64,000 nucleotides of DNA from Vitrella brassicaformis CCMP3155. Taxonomy: Eukaryota > Protista > Chromerida. Position 1 is the first letter of the stretch; each line of letters opens with the position of its first letter. The notes under the pieces were generated by a model that saw only the letters and a program-made list of their open reading frames with translations, made no database searches and was not told the DNA's origin. The DNA lies in NCBI GenBank assembly GCA_001179505.1, contig CDMY01000307.1:62001-126000 (forward strand). The letters run 5' to 3'. A program made the position numbers and the translations under genes. Of this stretch, positions 37,267 to 50,961 are shown one piece after another.

Positions 37267-38771
37267 CGACGTGATTTGACTGTTGCCGATCGCACACACA
37301 CACACACACACGCAGCGACCGACCAGCGGCTGTGCTGTGCCCCCGTCATCTTTTTCTTCTCTCCATCTTTCTCTAGTATGTCTGTGAATTTGCCTGCGTC
37401 TGGTGGCGTGGCGTGCGGTGTCTTGACGTCTTGTTGCGACGGCGGGAGGGAGAGAGGGAGAGGGGGAGAGGGAGAGGGAGAGGGGGAGGGTGTGTGGCCT
37501 AGTGCGTAGAGAATGCCAAAAGTGCAGACAAAAGGCCGACTGCCTGCGCCCCTGTGCCCTTTTGACCTTGAGAAGTGTCATGGTGCATCTTCCTCCCGAC
37601 GCGACCGACGCATGGGGGAAGGTGCGCCGTGGCATGACCGAGGAGAAAAGGCCACAGGGCGCGGCGCAGACAGACAAGCGATGAGAGGAGCGACAGACAT
37701 GGTGCGTAGTCTTAATACAGGGTGCCTGTACAGCGAAACAGCCAGACAGACAGACAGACAGACAAGGATGGATCCATGAGTGCTTTGAATGGCATGTGTG
37801 TGTTGACGGAGACAGGCAGGGAGGCAGGCAGGTCAGAGGCAAGTAGATAGACCTCCACCTGACCCTCTTTCTTGCGAGCTGATGGATGCCGGTCCGTGCA
37901 GTTTCAATTTGAGTCACCGAGTGCCCGTCTCTCTCCCTCCCTCTCTCTCTTTATGAGTGTGGCTGAGCGATAGTGATCCTAGAGTGCGTTCGATGGCGCC
38001 AATTAGCAAGGGGAGGGCGTCACGATGGCACACACACACGCACACACGCACTGGTGGTCGATGGAGAGCAATTAATAAAGGGTGGGTGGGGTCACTGGCT
38101 AGTCGTTGCTTGCTTGTTCCTTGATGATGGTCTGCACCGCTTGTTGTGTGGTGCTGCGTCTCTCTTCTCTCTCTCCCTCTCTCTCTGTGTGTGTGTGTGT
38201 GTCTCTGTGGATTGTGCATTAGACAGCCGGCCTGCCTCTGCCCAGCTGCTGCTGCTGACGTGACTAAATGTTAATGTACCATTCCTTGAGTCATCGGACA
38301 CCACGGCCACACACACACACACACACACACACAGACATGACACCTGTCTGTCTGAGCAGCGGAGCACACGACAGCAGCCAGGCCAAACTTGGGGCGAACC
38401 ATCTCAGCAGACACACACAGCAACAGCAGAGCGGATGAGAGAGTGGAAGGATGAACGCGACGCGGCAAAAACTAGAGAAGCAAGCCACAGCGAATTCCTC
38501 TCTTTACCTACCGTACCTCACTCACTGACAGCTTTCTTTCTTCCTGGACGCAAATTGATCAGAGTATGCACAGCCACAAGCCCTCGATCGAATCATCGAC
38601 AGCATACCCAGCAGCAGACAGACCAGCAGATAGACGGAGAGAAGGAAGAAAGGTATTCACAGCCACCCATCCCCCCACCCCCACCCACCTCACTCAGAGA
38701 GAGGGAGAGAGGGAGAGAAGAGAGCAACAGCTTGCTAGCGCAAAAAACTTCCACCGTCTGCACAGCCACCC

Positions 38772-39071
38772 NNNNNNNNNNNNNNNNNNNNNNNNNNNNN
38801 NNNNNNNNNNNNNNNNNNNNNNNNNNNNNNNNNNNNNNNNNNNNNNNNNNNNNNNNNNNNNNNNNNNNNNNNNNNNNNNNNNNNNNNNNNNNNNNNNNNN
38901 NNNNNNNNNNNNNNNNNNNNNNNNNNNNNNNNNNNNNNNNNNNNNNNNNNNNNNNNNNNNNNNNNNNNNNNNNNNNNNNNNNNNNNNNNNNNNNNNNNNN
39001 NNNNNNNNNNNNNNNNNNNNNNNNNNNNNNNNNNNNNNNNNNNNNNNNNNNNNNNNNNNNNNNNNNNNNNN
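38772..39071. other. Assembly gap (300 N)
   Basis: Run of N. Confidence 1.
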
Positions 39072-39161
39072 CAAGTACACACACTGGACATGATGGAAAC
39101 AAGTTACACCCCGCCCCGCCCCGCCCCCCAGCACCCGCACCGGCACCGGCACTCCCCTCAG

Positions 39162-41291
39162 TCACTCCCACTTCTTGTCTATCGACGCCAGGCTGTCCGC
39201 CTGTGTGGAACGGTCACCCCAGTAGTTCACCTGTGACTGCGACTGCGACTGCGGCTGCTTCCTCTCATCCCTCTCCCTCTCCCTCTCTCCCCTCTCCTTG
39301 TCATGCCGGTGCGTGTGCGTGCTGCCGTCTCTGTCTCTGTCTCTGCCTCTGCTGCTCGTGTGTGTGTCGTCGGGCGAGTCCATTGAGGGGATGAGAGCCA
39401 TGAAGGATGGAGGCGCCTGGGAGGGCGGAGGGGGGGTGGGGGACCGGGTCGCCGTCCGCAGTGAGAACCGCGGCGTCAGCAGACGGAAGAACGGACCTGA
39501 GAGAGACAAACGAACGACGGAACGACACACAAGCATGGAGCCAGCCATTCTTGGTTGGTGTGTGGCTTGGCGAGTGCGAGTGGCTGACGTGGTGATGGTG
39601 TGGCGAGGTTCGAGACGGGGGAGAGCGCGGCAGGGATGGGCGGGGGCATGGTGGCCTCGAAGAAGAGGTCTTGCAGGAAGGTGGGCATGTTGGATACCCA
39701 CGTCAGCACCCAGGCGTCCCACCCAACGGGATACCTGGTCGACTCGATCGACATCCACACACACGACGTCAGGTCAGATGTGGTCGGTGTATTGTGGGTG
39801 TGGGGGCCTGCCTGTGTCTGGGGTATCTGGAGGTGAGGGCTGCCTCCAGCGCTCGTACGGCGAGGGCAGGGTCGGCTCCCGCCTGGTCCACGTAAGACTT
39901 GAGCTGCATCGTGCTCGACTTGAGGCACACACACACACACACACAGACACACAGACACACACACACACACACACACAGACACACAGAGAGGCACACAATG
40001 CCGTCGTGTGCGTGTGAAGTCCGCTGACTGAATGTCAATTTCTCACTTGGACGAATTCTTTGCCGTGTGAAGACTTGACTTCGGCCTCGCTCTCCTCCCA
40101 GAGGGCCTCGGCCCGCTGCGGGCTGCAGCCCGTGTAGAGAGGGGTCTTCATCAAACCTACACACACACACACACACACCCCCACAAGCAGACAGTGCATC
40201 TGTGTGCGTCGGTGTGTGTGTCTTGTGTGTCGAGGACACCCACCTGGCTCGACGAGCACCACCTGGACGCCCCAGGGCTTCAGCTCTCGCCTCAGGCACT
40301 CGGCGAAGCCCTCTGTGGCATACTTGGAGGCGCTGTAGGCCGACAGGGCGGGCATGCCCACGCGGCCACATATCGACGACACCGTCACCACGCGGCCGTG
40401 CGCCTTTCGCAGCAGCGGCAGGAACGCCTGAAGAGTCGCACAGGGGCATGAGTGAGGGAAGATGCCCATCGTGTGGTTGGGGGGGGAGCCTCCCCTCTCT
40501 CTCTCTCTGACTCTCGCTGACTTTGGTGATCCGGACGTTGCCGAGGACGTTGACGTCGAAGTGCAGCTGCCACTCCTCAAATGGCACCATCTCGAAATAG
40601 CCGTTGCGCAACACACCTGTGTGTGGCACGTGGTGAGTGACCACACAAAACATGCGTCGGAGTATCACTCACACAATGAGCAGCTGATCTCTGTCTGTCC
40701 GTCTGTCTGTGTGTCTGTCTGTCCTACCGGCGTTGTTGACGAGTGCGAAGAGCCCCTGGGGGCAGAGAGAGTACACATAAGTGAGGGCATTGAGGATGGC
40801 CGACCGCTCCCTCACGTCGATGATCAAAGGGATCAGCCGCTCGGTCATCTTCATGGCCGACAGGTTCTCCACACCTGCTCAGCTCACACGCACACACAGG
40901 TGAGTGAGGTGGGCCGTGCCGTCGAAGGAAGCATCAGTGCACCCCCTTTCAGCGACCGACCTGTTTTGGTGAGGCAGGCAGCGAAAACCCTCCCCCATCC
41001 CACCTTCTCAAGCCGCAGAGCCAGCAGCTTACCGAAACCAGTGTCACACCCTGCAGCAAGGGCACACACCACACACAAGCTGTGTGCTGGCTTCTGTGGT
41101 GTGCCTGTCTGTGTCGCCTGTCCGCTCGCCTCACCTGTGATGAGAATGGCCTTATCTCTGAGGTCCTTTCTAGGCAGCCGCCAGAGCGACAGCAGGAGCC
41201 TTATGACGGCCATGAGGACGAGCAGCAACAAGCATTCGCCCAGGAAGACCAGGACCAGCAGCGACCAGTTGATCTTGAACCACGTCCACAT
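39162..41291 (-). CDS. Membrane-anchored classical SDR (retinol dehydrogenase/17-beta-HSD/BDH1-like); 3' end approximate
   Basis: N-terminal TM helix, ITGCDTGFG, LVNNAG, DVNVLG, VSSICGR, YSASK, LRRELKPWGV, RYPVGWDA. Confidence 0.9.
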
Positions 41292-41679
41292 GATATATAA
41301 GTACACACACACGCCCCGCCCCGCGACCTCCACGATGCCGTGGGAGGGCGGGGAGCCAACCAAAGGGCCGGCAGGCAGGCCGGGGCTCAGCGGAGCCGCA
41401 GATGAGAGACCACGTGCCTGGGAGGAAGGGACAGCTGCCGTCACAGAAGAGGGCTCGCTGCTGCCGGCAGATCAGCCGGTCACCGTCTGGTCCGCCTCAC
41501 AACCACACCGCCTCGCGCAATCTGGAAAATTGCAGCAGGTGCTGGCTTGGCTTGTGTGCCACTCTCCTCAAATGTTCAGCCTCTCTTCGCCGGATTTTGC
41601 TTCTCTCAGAAACGCCAAGCTCGCAAATTGGTGTGAGCTCGCAGATCCCGGGCATTCGTGAAGGAAGGGAAGCAGCCGA

Positions 41680-43755
41680 ATGGCGGCGTTGTACGAGGAT
41701 GACGACCAGTTCTGGTGAGCTGCGATCTGCCAAACAAGCGAAATCACTCATGGCGTCACGACAACTCCTGTCTGTCTGCCTGTCTGTCTGTCTGGTGCAG
41801 GACGGACGACGACGAAGACGAAGAAGACAAAGAGGACGAGAATCAAGATGGCGGCGATGGAGAGCAGCCAGTCGACCAGAGAGATCAGCCGTCGCATCAG
41901 GAGGACAGTGACCCTCAAGAAGCAGCAGCAGCAGCCGCTGCTCCGCCACCAGGCCCACTAGATGGGCCTGCTGCCGCTGCTGCCGCTGCCGCAGCCGTGC
42001 CAAAGCCCAAAAGAATACGGAAGAAGTGAGATCACAGCAGCAGCGACTGCATTCGTGAGAGTTCCTGTGTGTGTGTGTGTGGCCACACAGGTGGGTGGTG
42101 GAGGAGAGCACCGACGTGAGTGACTTCGACGCGCTGCTGCCGCCGTCTGAGCGGGCGCTGGACTACCCCTTTGAGCTGGACACCTTCCAAAAGAGGGCCA
42201 TCCTGAGGATCCACCAGTCGCAGCCCGTCTTCGTAAGCTAAACCAACCTGACACAGATGGACACAGATGCAGACACCAGACTCATCGACCGAAGAACTGC
42301 TTGCCTTGTCTGTGTGTCTGCAGGTCGCCGCGCACACATCAGCTGGAAGTGAGCAGTCTGCACATCTATAGATTGTGTGCAGTGCAGTGGAGTGAGTGCT
42401 GTTAATAGAAAGAAGTGTGTGCGTGTCACTGATGGATGGATCAGAGACGGCCGTGGCCGAGTACGCCATCTCGATGGCCCACAACGCGGGAAGGCGGGCC
42501 ATATACACCTCACCCATCAAGGCGCTCAGCAACCAGGTCAACTGGCTTGGCACGGACGGACGGACGGACGGAGGGAGGGAGGGAGGGAGGCACTTTGTTG
42601 ACTGTCACTCTCTCTGTGCGCTGTATGTGGGTGCAGAAGTACCGTGACTTCAACGCCAAGTTCCCGTCTGTGGGCATCATTACTGGCGACGTCAGGTCAG
42701 GTGCACTCATACTCATACACACCTGAACGCTTGTGTCTGTGTGTGTCAATGGTCCGCCCGTCAGCATCAACCAGGAGGCATCGTGTCTGATCATGACCAC
42801 CGAGATCCTCAGGACCATGCTCTACAGGTAGCTAGGCAGGGGAGCCAGCTGCCCCAAGCCATGTTTCCGTGTGGTCTTATCCATCCATTTATCCATCCAT
42901 CAGGGGCGATGACACCATCCAGGACCTGAGCGTGGTGGTGTTCGATGAGGTACGGAGCAGTGCCTGGGGAGGATGGCGCACCAACACCAACAAGCATTAG
43001 AAGGTGCCGCCACATCACATCTGGCTCGTCTCGTTTTGCCCCTCCCTCAGGCCCACTATGTGTCTGACGCCGAGCGTGGCGTCGTGTGGGAGGAGGTCAT
43101 CATTCTGCTCCCCTCACACGTGCGTACGCAGCCACCCTTCCCACCCCACCAACTGAGAGGCAACGCAAGAATCCGATTCTCTGTGTGTGAGCTGATTCTC
43201 AGATCAACTTGCTGTTCCTCTCAGCCACGGTACACTCACACAGAGACACGGCAACTGGTTGTCATTCTCCTGCTTGCTTGTGTTGTCTTTGTCAGTGCCC
43301 CAACTTCCTGGACTTCGGCGACTGGTGGGTGTGCTGGACAGAAACGAGCGACAGCCAAGAACGAGTTGGTCACTCACTACTGGGTGCCTGTCGGTCGTCT
43401 GTGTGCCTTAGGATCGGTCGCACCAAGAAGCGGACGGTGTATGCGGTGTACACCAAGATGCGGCCCACGCCGCTGCGCCACTACCTCTACGTCCAGGGCA
43501 AACCCTTCCTCCTCATGGACAACAAATTCAGATCGGACGTACGTGACAAGACGTGGGCGACGGAAAGGCAAAGCGCCGCACCCCGGCATGGCACACTGTT
43601 TGTTTGTTTGTATGCCTTGTCTTCCTTCTTCCTGTTGGCCGTCCGTCAATCAGGCCTTCCTGCAGGCGCATCAGCACATGAGAAGCCTCAAGGAAAAGGA
43701 CACCGCCGCAAGTAAATAATAAGAGAGACAGGGAGAGAGACGACAGACCTCTCCG

Positions 43756-43791
<36 letters not shown>

Positions 43792-46700
43792 TGTGTAGGC
43801 AAGGCAAGCGCCAAGGGCAAGGCTAAGGCGAAGCCCAAGGTGGTCAGGGCGTCCAACTACGTGGCGGGCGTCAAGACCGACACGCACCGGCTGCAGGCGC
43901 TGCTCAAGGAGCTCGAGAAGGAGCAGAAGCTCCCTGTGGTCGTCTTCGCCTTCAGGTGAAACCAATCACAACGAACACACACACGCTGACACACCTGTGT
44001 GTGTGTGTGTGTGTGTGGTGTGCAGCCGTCGCAAGTGTGAGTCGTATGCCTGTGGGATGCCCAACCTCGACCTGTTAGACTCGACGGTGAGTGACAGACG
44101 GGCAAGGAAGGCTTGAAAGAAAGGCGTACGTCTGTCTGTGTGGACGCCAATTAATGTGTGTGTGTGTGCAGAGGAAAAGCGAGATTCACGTCTTCGTGCA
44201 GGAGTCGCTCAAGAACCTCTCCGATGCCGACCGCGGCCTCAAGCAGATCCAAGCCACCGGTAGACCCTCCCCCCCCTCTGTCATGCCTTCTCTCTCCCCC
44301 CCTCTCTCTCTCTGTGTGTGTGTCTGTCAGTCGAGCTGCTCGGCCGTGGCCTGGGTGTGCACCACGGCGGGCTGCTGCCGATCGTCAAGGAGATGGTGGA
44401 GATCCTCTTCGCCCGTGGGCTGGTGCGCGTGTTGTTCGCCACGGAGACCTTCGCCATGGGGGTCAACATGCCGGCGAGGTCGGTGGTGTTCGCGTCGCTC
44501 AAGAAGCACGACGGCAGCAGACTGAGGATCCTAAAGTCCAGCGAATACACACAGATGGCGGTCAGGGTGCACTGCACACACAGAGGGAGGGAGGGACGGA
44601 GGGAGGGAGGGAGGACATTTTGTGTGTGGTCTGTCTCGGTCAGGGCCGTGCTGGAAGGCGGGGCTTGGACGAGTACGGCAGCGTCTTCATCTTCTGCGAC
44701 CCACAGGAGATGCCCGACCAGAAGGTGCGGAAGCCACCTACACACACACACACTGACACACACACAGTGGACTTCCATGTGTGTCTGTCTGGGGTTTCAT
44801 CAGGAGGTGACGACCATGATGATGGCACAGGCGACCCCTCTCCGCAGCAAGTTCAAGGTCTCCTACTCCATGCTGCTGCAGCTCGCCAAGTCGCCCCTGC
44901 TCAGTGTGCAGGACATGATTTCACAGAGCTACTCCGAGAGCGACAGATCAAGGGTGGGGTGCCTGTGCCAGCACACACACATACGAGGGATGGATGACCT
45001 CACACCGTGTGTGTGTGTGTGCGTGTGTGTGCGTGTAGAAGCTGCCGATTTATCGGCGTGACATCAAGCGGCGTCAGCAGGAGCTGGAGAGCATGCAGCC
45101 GATACAGTGCCTTCTCGGAGAGCCGACGTAGACACACACGGCACGGCACACAACACTCCACTCCCCGACTCAGCACAGCCCAGCAATGGCCTCGTGTGGG
45201 TAATGCTGTGTGTCGTGTGTGTCGGTCGATGAAGCATCGACGAGTACGTCAAGGCCAGCTCCCAGTTCGAGGGTGTCACCAGAAACCTCCACCGGTCAGC
45301 CAGCAGCCCACCAACCACACGCAGCGACGGACACGTAACCAATCACCCTCCCTCCCTCTCCCCCTTCTCTCTCTGCAGCAAGCTCTTCACGTCCAAAGCC
45401 TCCACGGACGTCTTCTGCCCCGGCCGCATCTGCATGTTCTCCTCCCTCTCGGCCTACCTCGGCGTCTCGTCACCCTGCTACGGCGCCCTCCTCTCGCTGG
45501 ACTTCAAGCCCCTCTCGCAGAAGCATGATCCCGAATTCGAGGCGATTGTGCTGCTGCCCGAAGGGCCGGAATGGCCGCCACCTGCTGGTGGTGGTGGTGA
45601 CGCAGCGAAGGGCAAGGGTGGTGGTGAGGACGGGGAGCGTGTGAAGGTGGTGGGTGAGGGGAGGCTGGTGTCTGTCGGGGTGGTGGAGGTGGGGAATGAC
45701 GAGCATGAGCAGTTCTCCAGATGGGTTCACTGCAAGTGAGCGAGCGAAGGGAGGGAGGGAGGGAGGTGCATGTGTTGCTGGCTGCACCTCTCTCTGTCTG
45801 TGTCTCTGTGCCTCTGTGTCTGTGTCCCTGCCACGTGCTCAGGTACATTCCACTGCGGAAGGTGTCCAAGGTTACGGTAAGACGATTCCCACCGCACACA
45901 GGAGCAGCCGGCCATGTGATGTGTGCCGCGTCTACTTGTCAGGAGCTGGTGGTATCAGCCGCCGTGACCAGTGACGACGAAGACGCCGACGTCAGCATGG
46001 CGAGGCTCGGACAGGTAAGAGCGGAAAAAGGTGAAGAACAACACAACGGGAAGACAAGACACACTCAGCACCGACCGACGTGAGTGGGCCTTCGGTTCCG
46101 TTGCATCGTCCATCGTCCTTTTAGGAGGTGGCCCGCACCTGCACCGACCACGACTCGCCCGCCCGTGACGGCCTGCCGGCCCTCCAGATCTCCAAGCAGT
46201 TCAAGGAGATCGAGAACGAATTCTACGAGAACATCCTTAAGCAACGGTCAGTCAGCACATAATTAAGACGCGTTCGTTGGTGCTGCTTGGCTTGACGACC
46301 TGTGTGGCTCATACAGGGATCTGTCGAGGGCGCTTGCGGCCAACAAGTGCCACCGCTGCAAGCTGAAGGAGCCCCACTTCCAGCAAGCCAGCAGAAGGGA
46401 TCAGGTGGGTGGGGCGCCGGGGGGGTGGGGTGAAGCGATGCGGTTGCGATGCATGGCTGCCGTCCTCTGTATCGGTCCAATCACTCTCACTCAGGTCGTC
46501 AGGGACATCGAGGAGTACTCCTTCTCCCGTAAGTCAACCAGACAGACAGACAGACAGACAGGCTGAAGCCGGCAGCACGTGTGTGTTGTGTGGCGGTGAG
46601 GTGACATGGTTTCTCTCTCTCATGTGGGTGTCTGCAGTCAACGACGAGTCGTTGTATCTGCTGCCGCTGCTGCAGTCCAAGATGGCGGTGCTGCGGAAAC

Positions 46701-47699
46701 TGGGCTACATCGAAGAGGACCAAACACTCACACTCAAGGTATCTGTGTGTGTGCTCGACTCGAGAGTGGCCACATCACACCACGCACAGATGCCATGCCG
46801 CTGAGTGTCTGCCTGTCTGTCTGTCTCCTTGCTGTATTCAGGGCCGCTTTGCGTGTGAGGTAGTGACTTCAGACGAGGTGGGTGGGTCTGGCAGCACAGC
46901 ACGGGGGCATCCGGCCATCCAGCCCTTCGTGAGATCTCCTGTCTGTCTCTGGGTGTGTGCGTCTGCGTGTGTGTGTGTGTGTGTTTTGAATGGCAGCTGA
47001 CATTGGTAGAGGTGATAATGAGCGGCATCGCAACCAACCTAGAGCCGGCAGAGGTCGTCTCCATCCTCTCCAGGTACCCACCGTACCACCACTAACATGG
47101 CATATCGCGTCTTCGCCCATCTCTCTGTCTGTCTGTGTGTCTGTGTGTCAGCTTCATCTTTATGGAGAAGTGCGAGGACGAGCCAGAGGACCCCACGGAC
47201 AACATGCGCCACGCGAAGCAAGTCGGCGGACAGCGCAACACACACACAGACACATACACACACACGTCTGACCCTTTGCCCATCATCCGTCCCTTCCTTG
47301 CTCTGTGGCCTCCACCAGGCTGTGGCGGATTGGCATCGCACGGTAGACGCCGCGCAGAAGGAGTGCCGTGTGCAGATGGAGGATCCCGTGACGGTCAACT
47401 TCGGCCTCACACAGGTGGTCTACGAGTGGGCTGTCGGCAAGACATTCGCCGAAATCATGACCTGCACCACTGTCCAGGTGCATGTGCACTCCACCACACA
47501 CCACACACAGGCCCTTGATGACTGTGTGCAGGAGGGTTCCATCGTGCGTGCGATTCTGCGTCTGAACGAGTTGTGTAAGAAGATGAAGGCTGCGGCGGAG
47601 AGGCTGCTGGGCGACACTGCCTTGGCAGAGAAGCTCGAGCAGGCCGAGAGCTTCCTGTGCAGACCGCCGGTGTCCATCCCGTCGCTCTACCTGACATAG
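41680..47699 (+). CDS. SKI2: Ski2-type DExH RNA helicase (exosome cofactor), >25 exons
   Basis: YPFELDTFQK, VAAHTSAGKT, YTSPIKALSNQK, FDEAH, LSATVPN, WIGRTKK, HHGGLLPIVKEMVEILF, FATETFAMGVNMPAR, QMAGRAGRRG, EGSIVR DSHCT domain. Confidence 0.93.
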
Positions 47700-48107
47700 T
47701 CAGTGATATCACCACGTCAGTAGAGACAGACACGTCCGTAGCTAGCTAGCTTGCGTCGAAAGAGCATGGGCTTCGGTGACAGTGAGTGACTTCTGTGTAA
47801 TGCCATCATCCACAACACGTTCTCACGGGAAACAGACTCCTTCTCATTCAAAACAGACTCGAGAATGGCCAGGAAGTCAATGAATTGAAGTCACTGCAAT
47901 GTGGCTCTCTGACCAATCAACCGCCCGACCGCCACAGACAACCAAGCAACACATGCGTGCAGCCGGCACTGATGCTACTCTCAGGAGCCTTGCCACAGCC
48001 TCTCCATGAATCATTGACAATGAATGCGATGCATGAGCTCCGACAGGACGAATGAATGAACAGATGACATGCATCACGAAAATGTACATGTATGGGGTCT
48101 GACTATA

Positions 48108-49144
48108 CAGTGGGCCTCGGATAAATGGGACCCTGCTTATATGGGAAAATCGTTATATGGGAAAATTAAATCCCATTTAACCAATGTACATTTTGTGCAT
48201 TTTTCAAGCCCGTGACATTCATTCATTGTGAGCCGTCGCAATGACCTGTATGTGGTCCAGCGTGCCTCACTGATTACTGTGAATCAAATTTCACCGTCAA
48301 ACAACCACAAACAGCCGAGATCGGGGCCGCTGAAGTGAGGCCAAGCAAGCACAAGAGAAGCAGCGAAGCAAACAAGCTGCGGAGCGGCATGAACGGCTTG
48401 CCTTTGAGCTTACAGTAGCATTTGCAGTGAAACAGCGAGACAAAAACCATCGTCAGACGAGAAGGAGGCCGCCTGCGGCCCTCCTCACCAGCGGAGTGAG
48501 GAGGGCTACTCAGAGTCTCGAGAGCTTCTCCGCCTCTCTCGAGAACCGTAGACATTATCATCGCACCGTCTGTTTCCCCTCTGCTCAGCCATGAGCTTCT
48601 TCTCCACGTTGTTCCACCTTCAAGCTTTCGACGGCGAATCATTCATTGAGTGATTTGAGTGATTTTGAGGAGAATGAGTGAATCATTTATCATTCGTGAG
48701 TGAGGGGGAGCGAGGCAGGCTATGCAGGCTATGGCAGAGGAGGATAGTGGTAAGCAGGTGAGAGGTGTGATGTGGTGAGTGACTGTCTCTGCATGATCCA
48801 TGTGTGTTTTTGGACATTCCATCACTCAATCTGTCGATTGCTCGTCGCATTCCATCATTCATTCTCCAGTGAATCACTCCTGCTTGTCTGTCTCGCCCAA
48901 GCAACGCTCAAGCACTTGCTCTGCTCGCTCTCCTCATCCACGCCGCCGGCCGGGTTGCTTTTTTTTCTTTTTCCGGGCCAAGCTTGACGCCAGGCGAGTC
49001 AGGTGGCCTGCTGCGATGCACTGGTGACTCAGACGGACAAGCAGAAGGCGTGTGAATTGCCTCGCATAAATGGGACCTCGGATATATGGGAAACTCGTTA
49101 TATGGGACACCCTGGACCGTGTCCCATTTATCCGAGGCCCACTG
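48108..49144. mobile_element. Tc1/mariner-pogo(Tigger)-like MITE, 1037 bp
   Basis: Perfect 24-bp TIRs CAGTGGGCCTCGGATAAATGGGAC, TA on both flanks, subterminal (T/A)TATATGGGA repeats. No transposase ORF. Confidence 0.88.
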
Positions 49145-49187
49145 TAGTACGTAGGCCCCCACCCCGACCTTCATGTATACTGTGGTG

Positions 49188-49487
49188 NNNNNNNNNNNNN
49201 NNNNNNNNNNNNNNNNNNNNNNNNNNNNNNNNNNNNNNNNNNNNNNNNNNNNNNNNNNNNNNNNNNNNNNNNNNNNNNNNNNNNNNNNNNNNNNNNNNNN
49301 NNNNNNNNNNNNNNNNNNNNNNNNNNNNNNNNNNNNNNNNNNNNNNNNNNNNNNNNNNNNNNNNNNNNNNNNNNNNNNNNNNNNNNNNNNNNNNNNNNNN
49401 NNNNNNNNNNNNNNNNNNNNNNNNNNNNNNNNNNNNNNNNNNNNNNNNNNNNNNNNNNNNNNNNNNNNNNNNNNNNNNNNNNNNNNN
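49188..49487. other. Assembly gap (300 N)
   Basis: Run of N. Confidence 1.
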
Positions 49488-50520
49488 TGCAACTTGATCA
49501 GGACCGTCACTCGGAGCGTGCGGTGGACGACCATGACGACGAGTTGTCTGAAGCAGAGCACACATCGTCGTGTCGGTGCTGTGTTTGGTTCTTATACTGA
49601 TGATCATTGTCGACGCCGACGTGCCCAACTAGCACGCCCAGCATGATGATGATATGGAGGAGGGCGGCGGCCGCCAGCAGGCACGGCGAGGGAGGGGCAG
49701 CCTTTCGCCACTGAATGTCAACCCACTGGCTGTTGATGAGGACGAGCCGCCCATCGAGGAGGAGGAAGCACCCGGCGAGATGGATGAACGGATGAATGAA
49801 TGACTGAATATGAATGAATAAAAATGAATGATATGTTTACTTCTCCCTTTCCTTCACTCAGAGGTTGCTCCGCCTGACGCCAACAAGCTGCCCAAGTGTC
49901 CTCCAGGCGAGCCGCATCGCACCCGCATCCATCTGACGAGGAGCAGGTACCCACAGGCATCTGACGAGGACATACCCATGGAAGCGGCACTTTGCTGCGT
50001 GTGTCGATGTCCTTCACTTACTTCAGGCTGCGTGTGATTGTGTCTCGTCCGCTCTCCTGAGCGAGCTGTCTCTTCCCTCTCTCCTCCGGAGGAGGGGCAG
50101 TCCAGAATCCTGCGAGGTACACTAAGCAGCACTGCAACACGTGAACCACAGAGACCGTCTGCGGCAGTGGATAGGCAACAACAGGGGCCGAGATGAGCTG
50201 AGGTCAGTCGATAAGACGAATGCTTGTGCGATGCTCACCACATTCTTATTTACATTGCCTGCCCTGTGGTGCAGTGTTTGGTGCTGACCTGACCCTCATC
50301 GCAGGTCAGACACACGTCCACTGCCAACGATCCAACTACCTCGACCTGGCCTGCATCGTCAAGATCAACCTGACGCCAGACGCCCACCCACCCACCCACC
50401 CGCACACCCCCACACACGACAACACGGACGAGACACAGGCACGCCGAGGCATGGTGAATGGACATGAGCCGCTCATCAAGCAGAACGACCTCAACTTTGT
50501 GTGTGTCTGCTGCACGCCTT

Positions 50521-50645
50521 GGTCCCTCCCTCTGATGTGTCTCGCCCTCGCCCTCGGTCCCTCCCTCTGATGTGTCTCTCAGAGGGCGAGACACATCAGT
50601 TCTCAGAGGGCGAGACACATCAGTTCTCAGGGCGAGACACATCAG
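50521..50645. repeat. Mixed tandem/inverted 18-22 nt repeat (foldback)
   Basis: Two CTCTGATGTGTCTC(GCCCTC) units followed by three inverted (GA)GGGCGAGACACATCAG units. Confidence 0.8.
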
Positions 50646-50961
50646 TCCATCAATGCATCCATCCATCCATCAATCCATCCATCCATCCATCCATTTGTGT
50701 GTGTCTGTCACCATCGATGATTTTGTCGCTTTGGCGCTGGGCAAGAGTAGTGCACTTATCCCCTTTTTGTCCTTCCTTCCCGGTCTCCGTACATGTCGAA
50801 AACTTTGCACTGGCGAACAATCGTGATTTCACGTGAATGGTGGTCATTCTGCATGTCTGGATGGACGTTTCTGTGCCCGCTACCATCCCTCAAAGTGCCT
50901 CAGCAAATTTCGCGAAATGTCCATAAAGTGGCGGAAAAACTGACCCGCTCAGTTTGCTGTG

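Noticed and set aside
37500-38771. Possible gene fragments between the GCN5-like gene and the gap
   Set aside because: No recognisable motifs or continuous frame.
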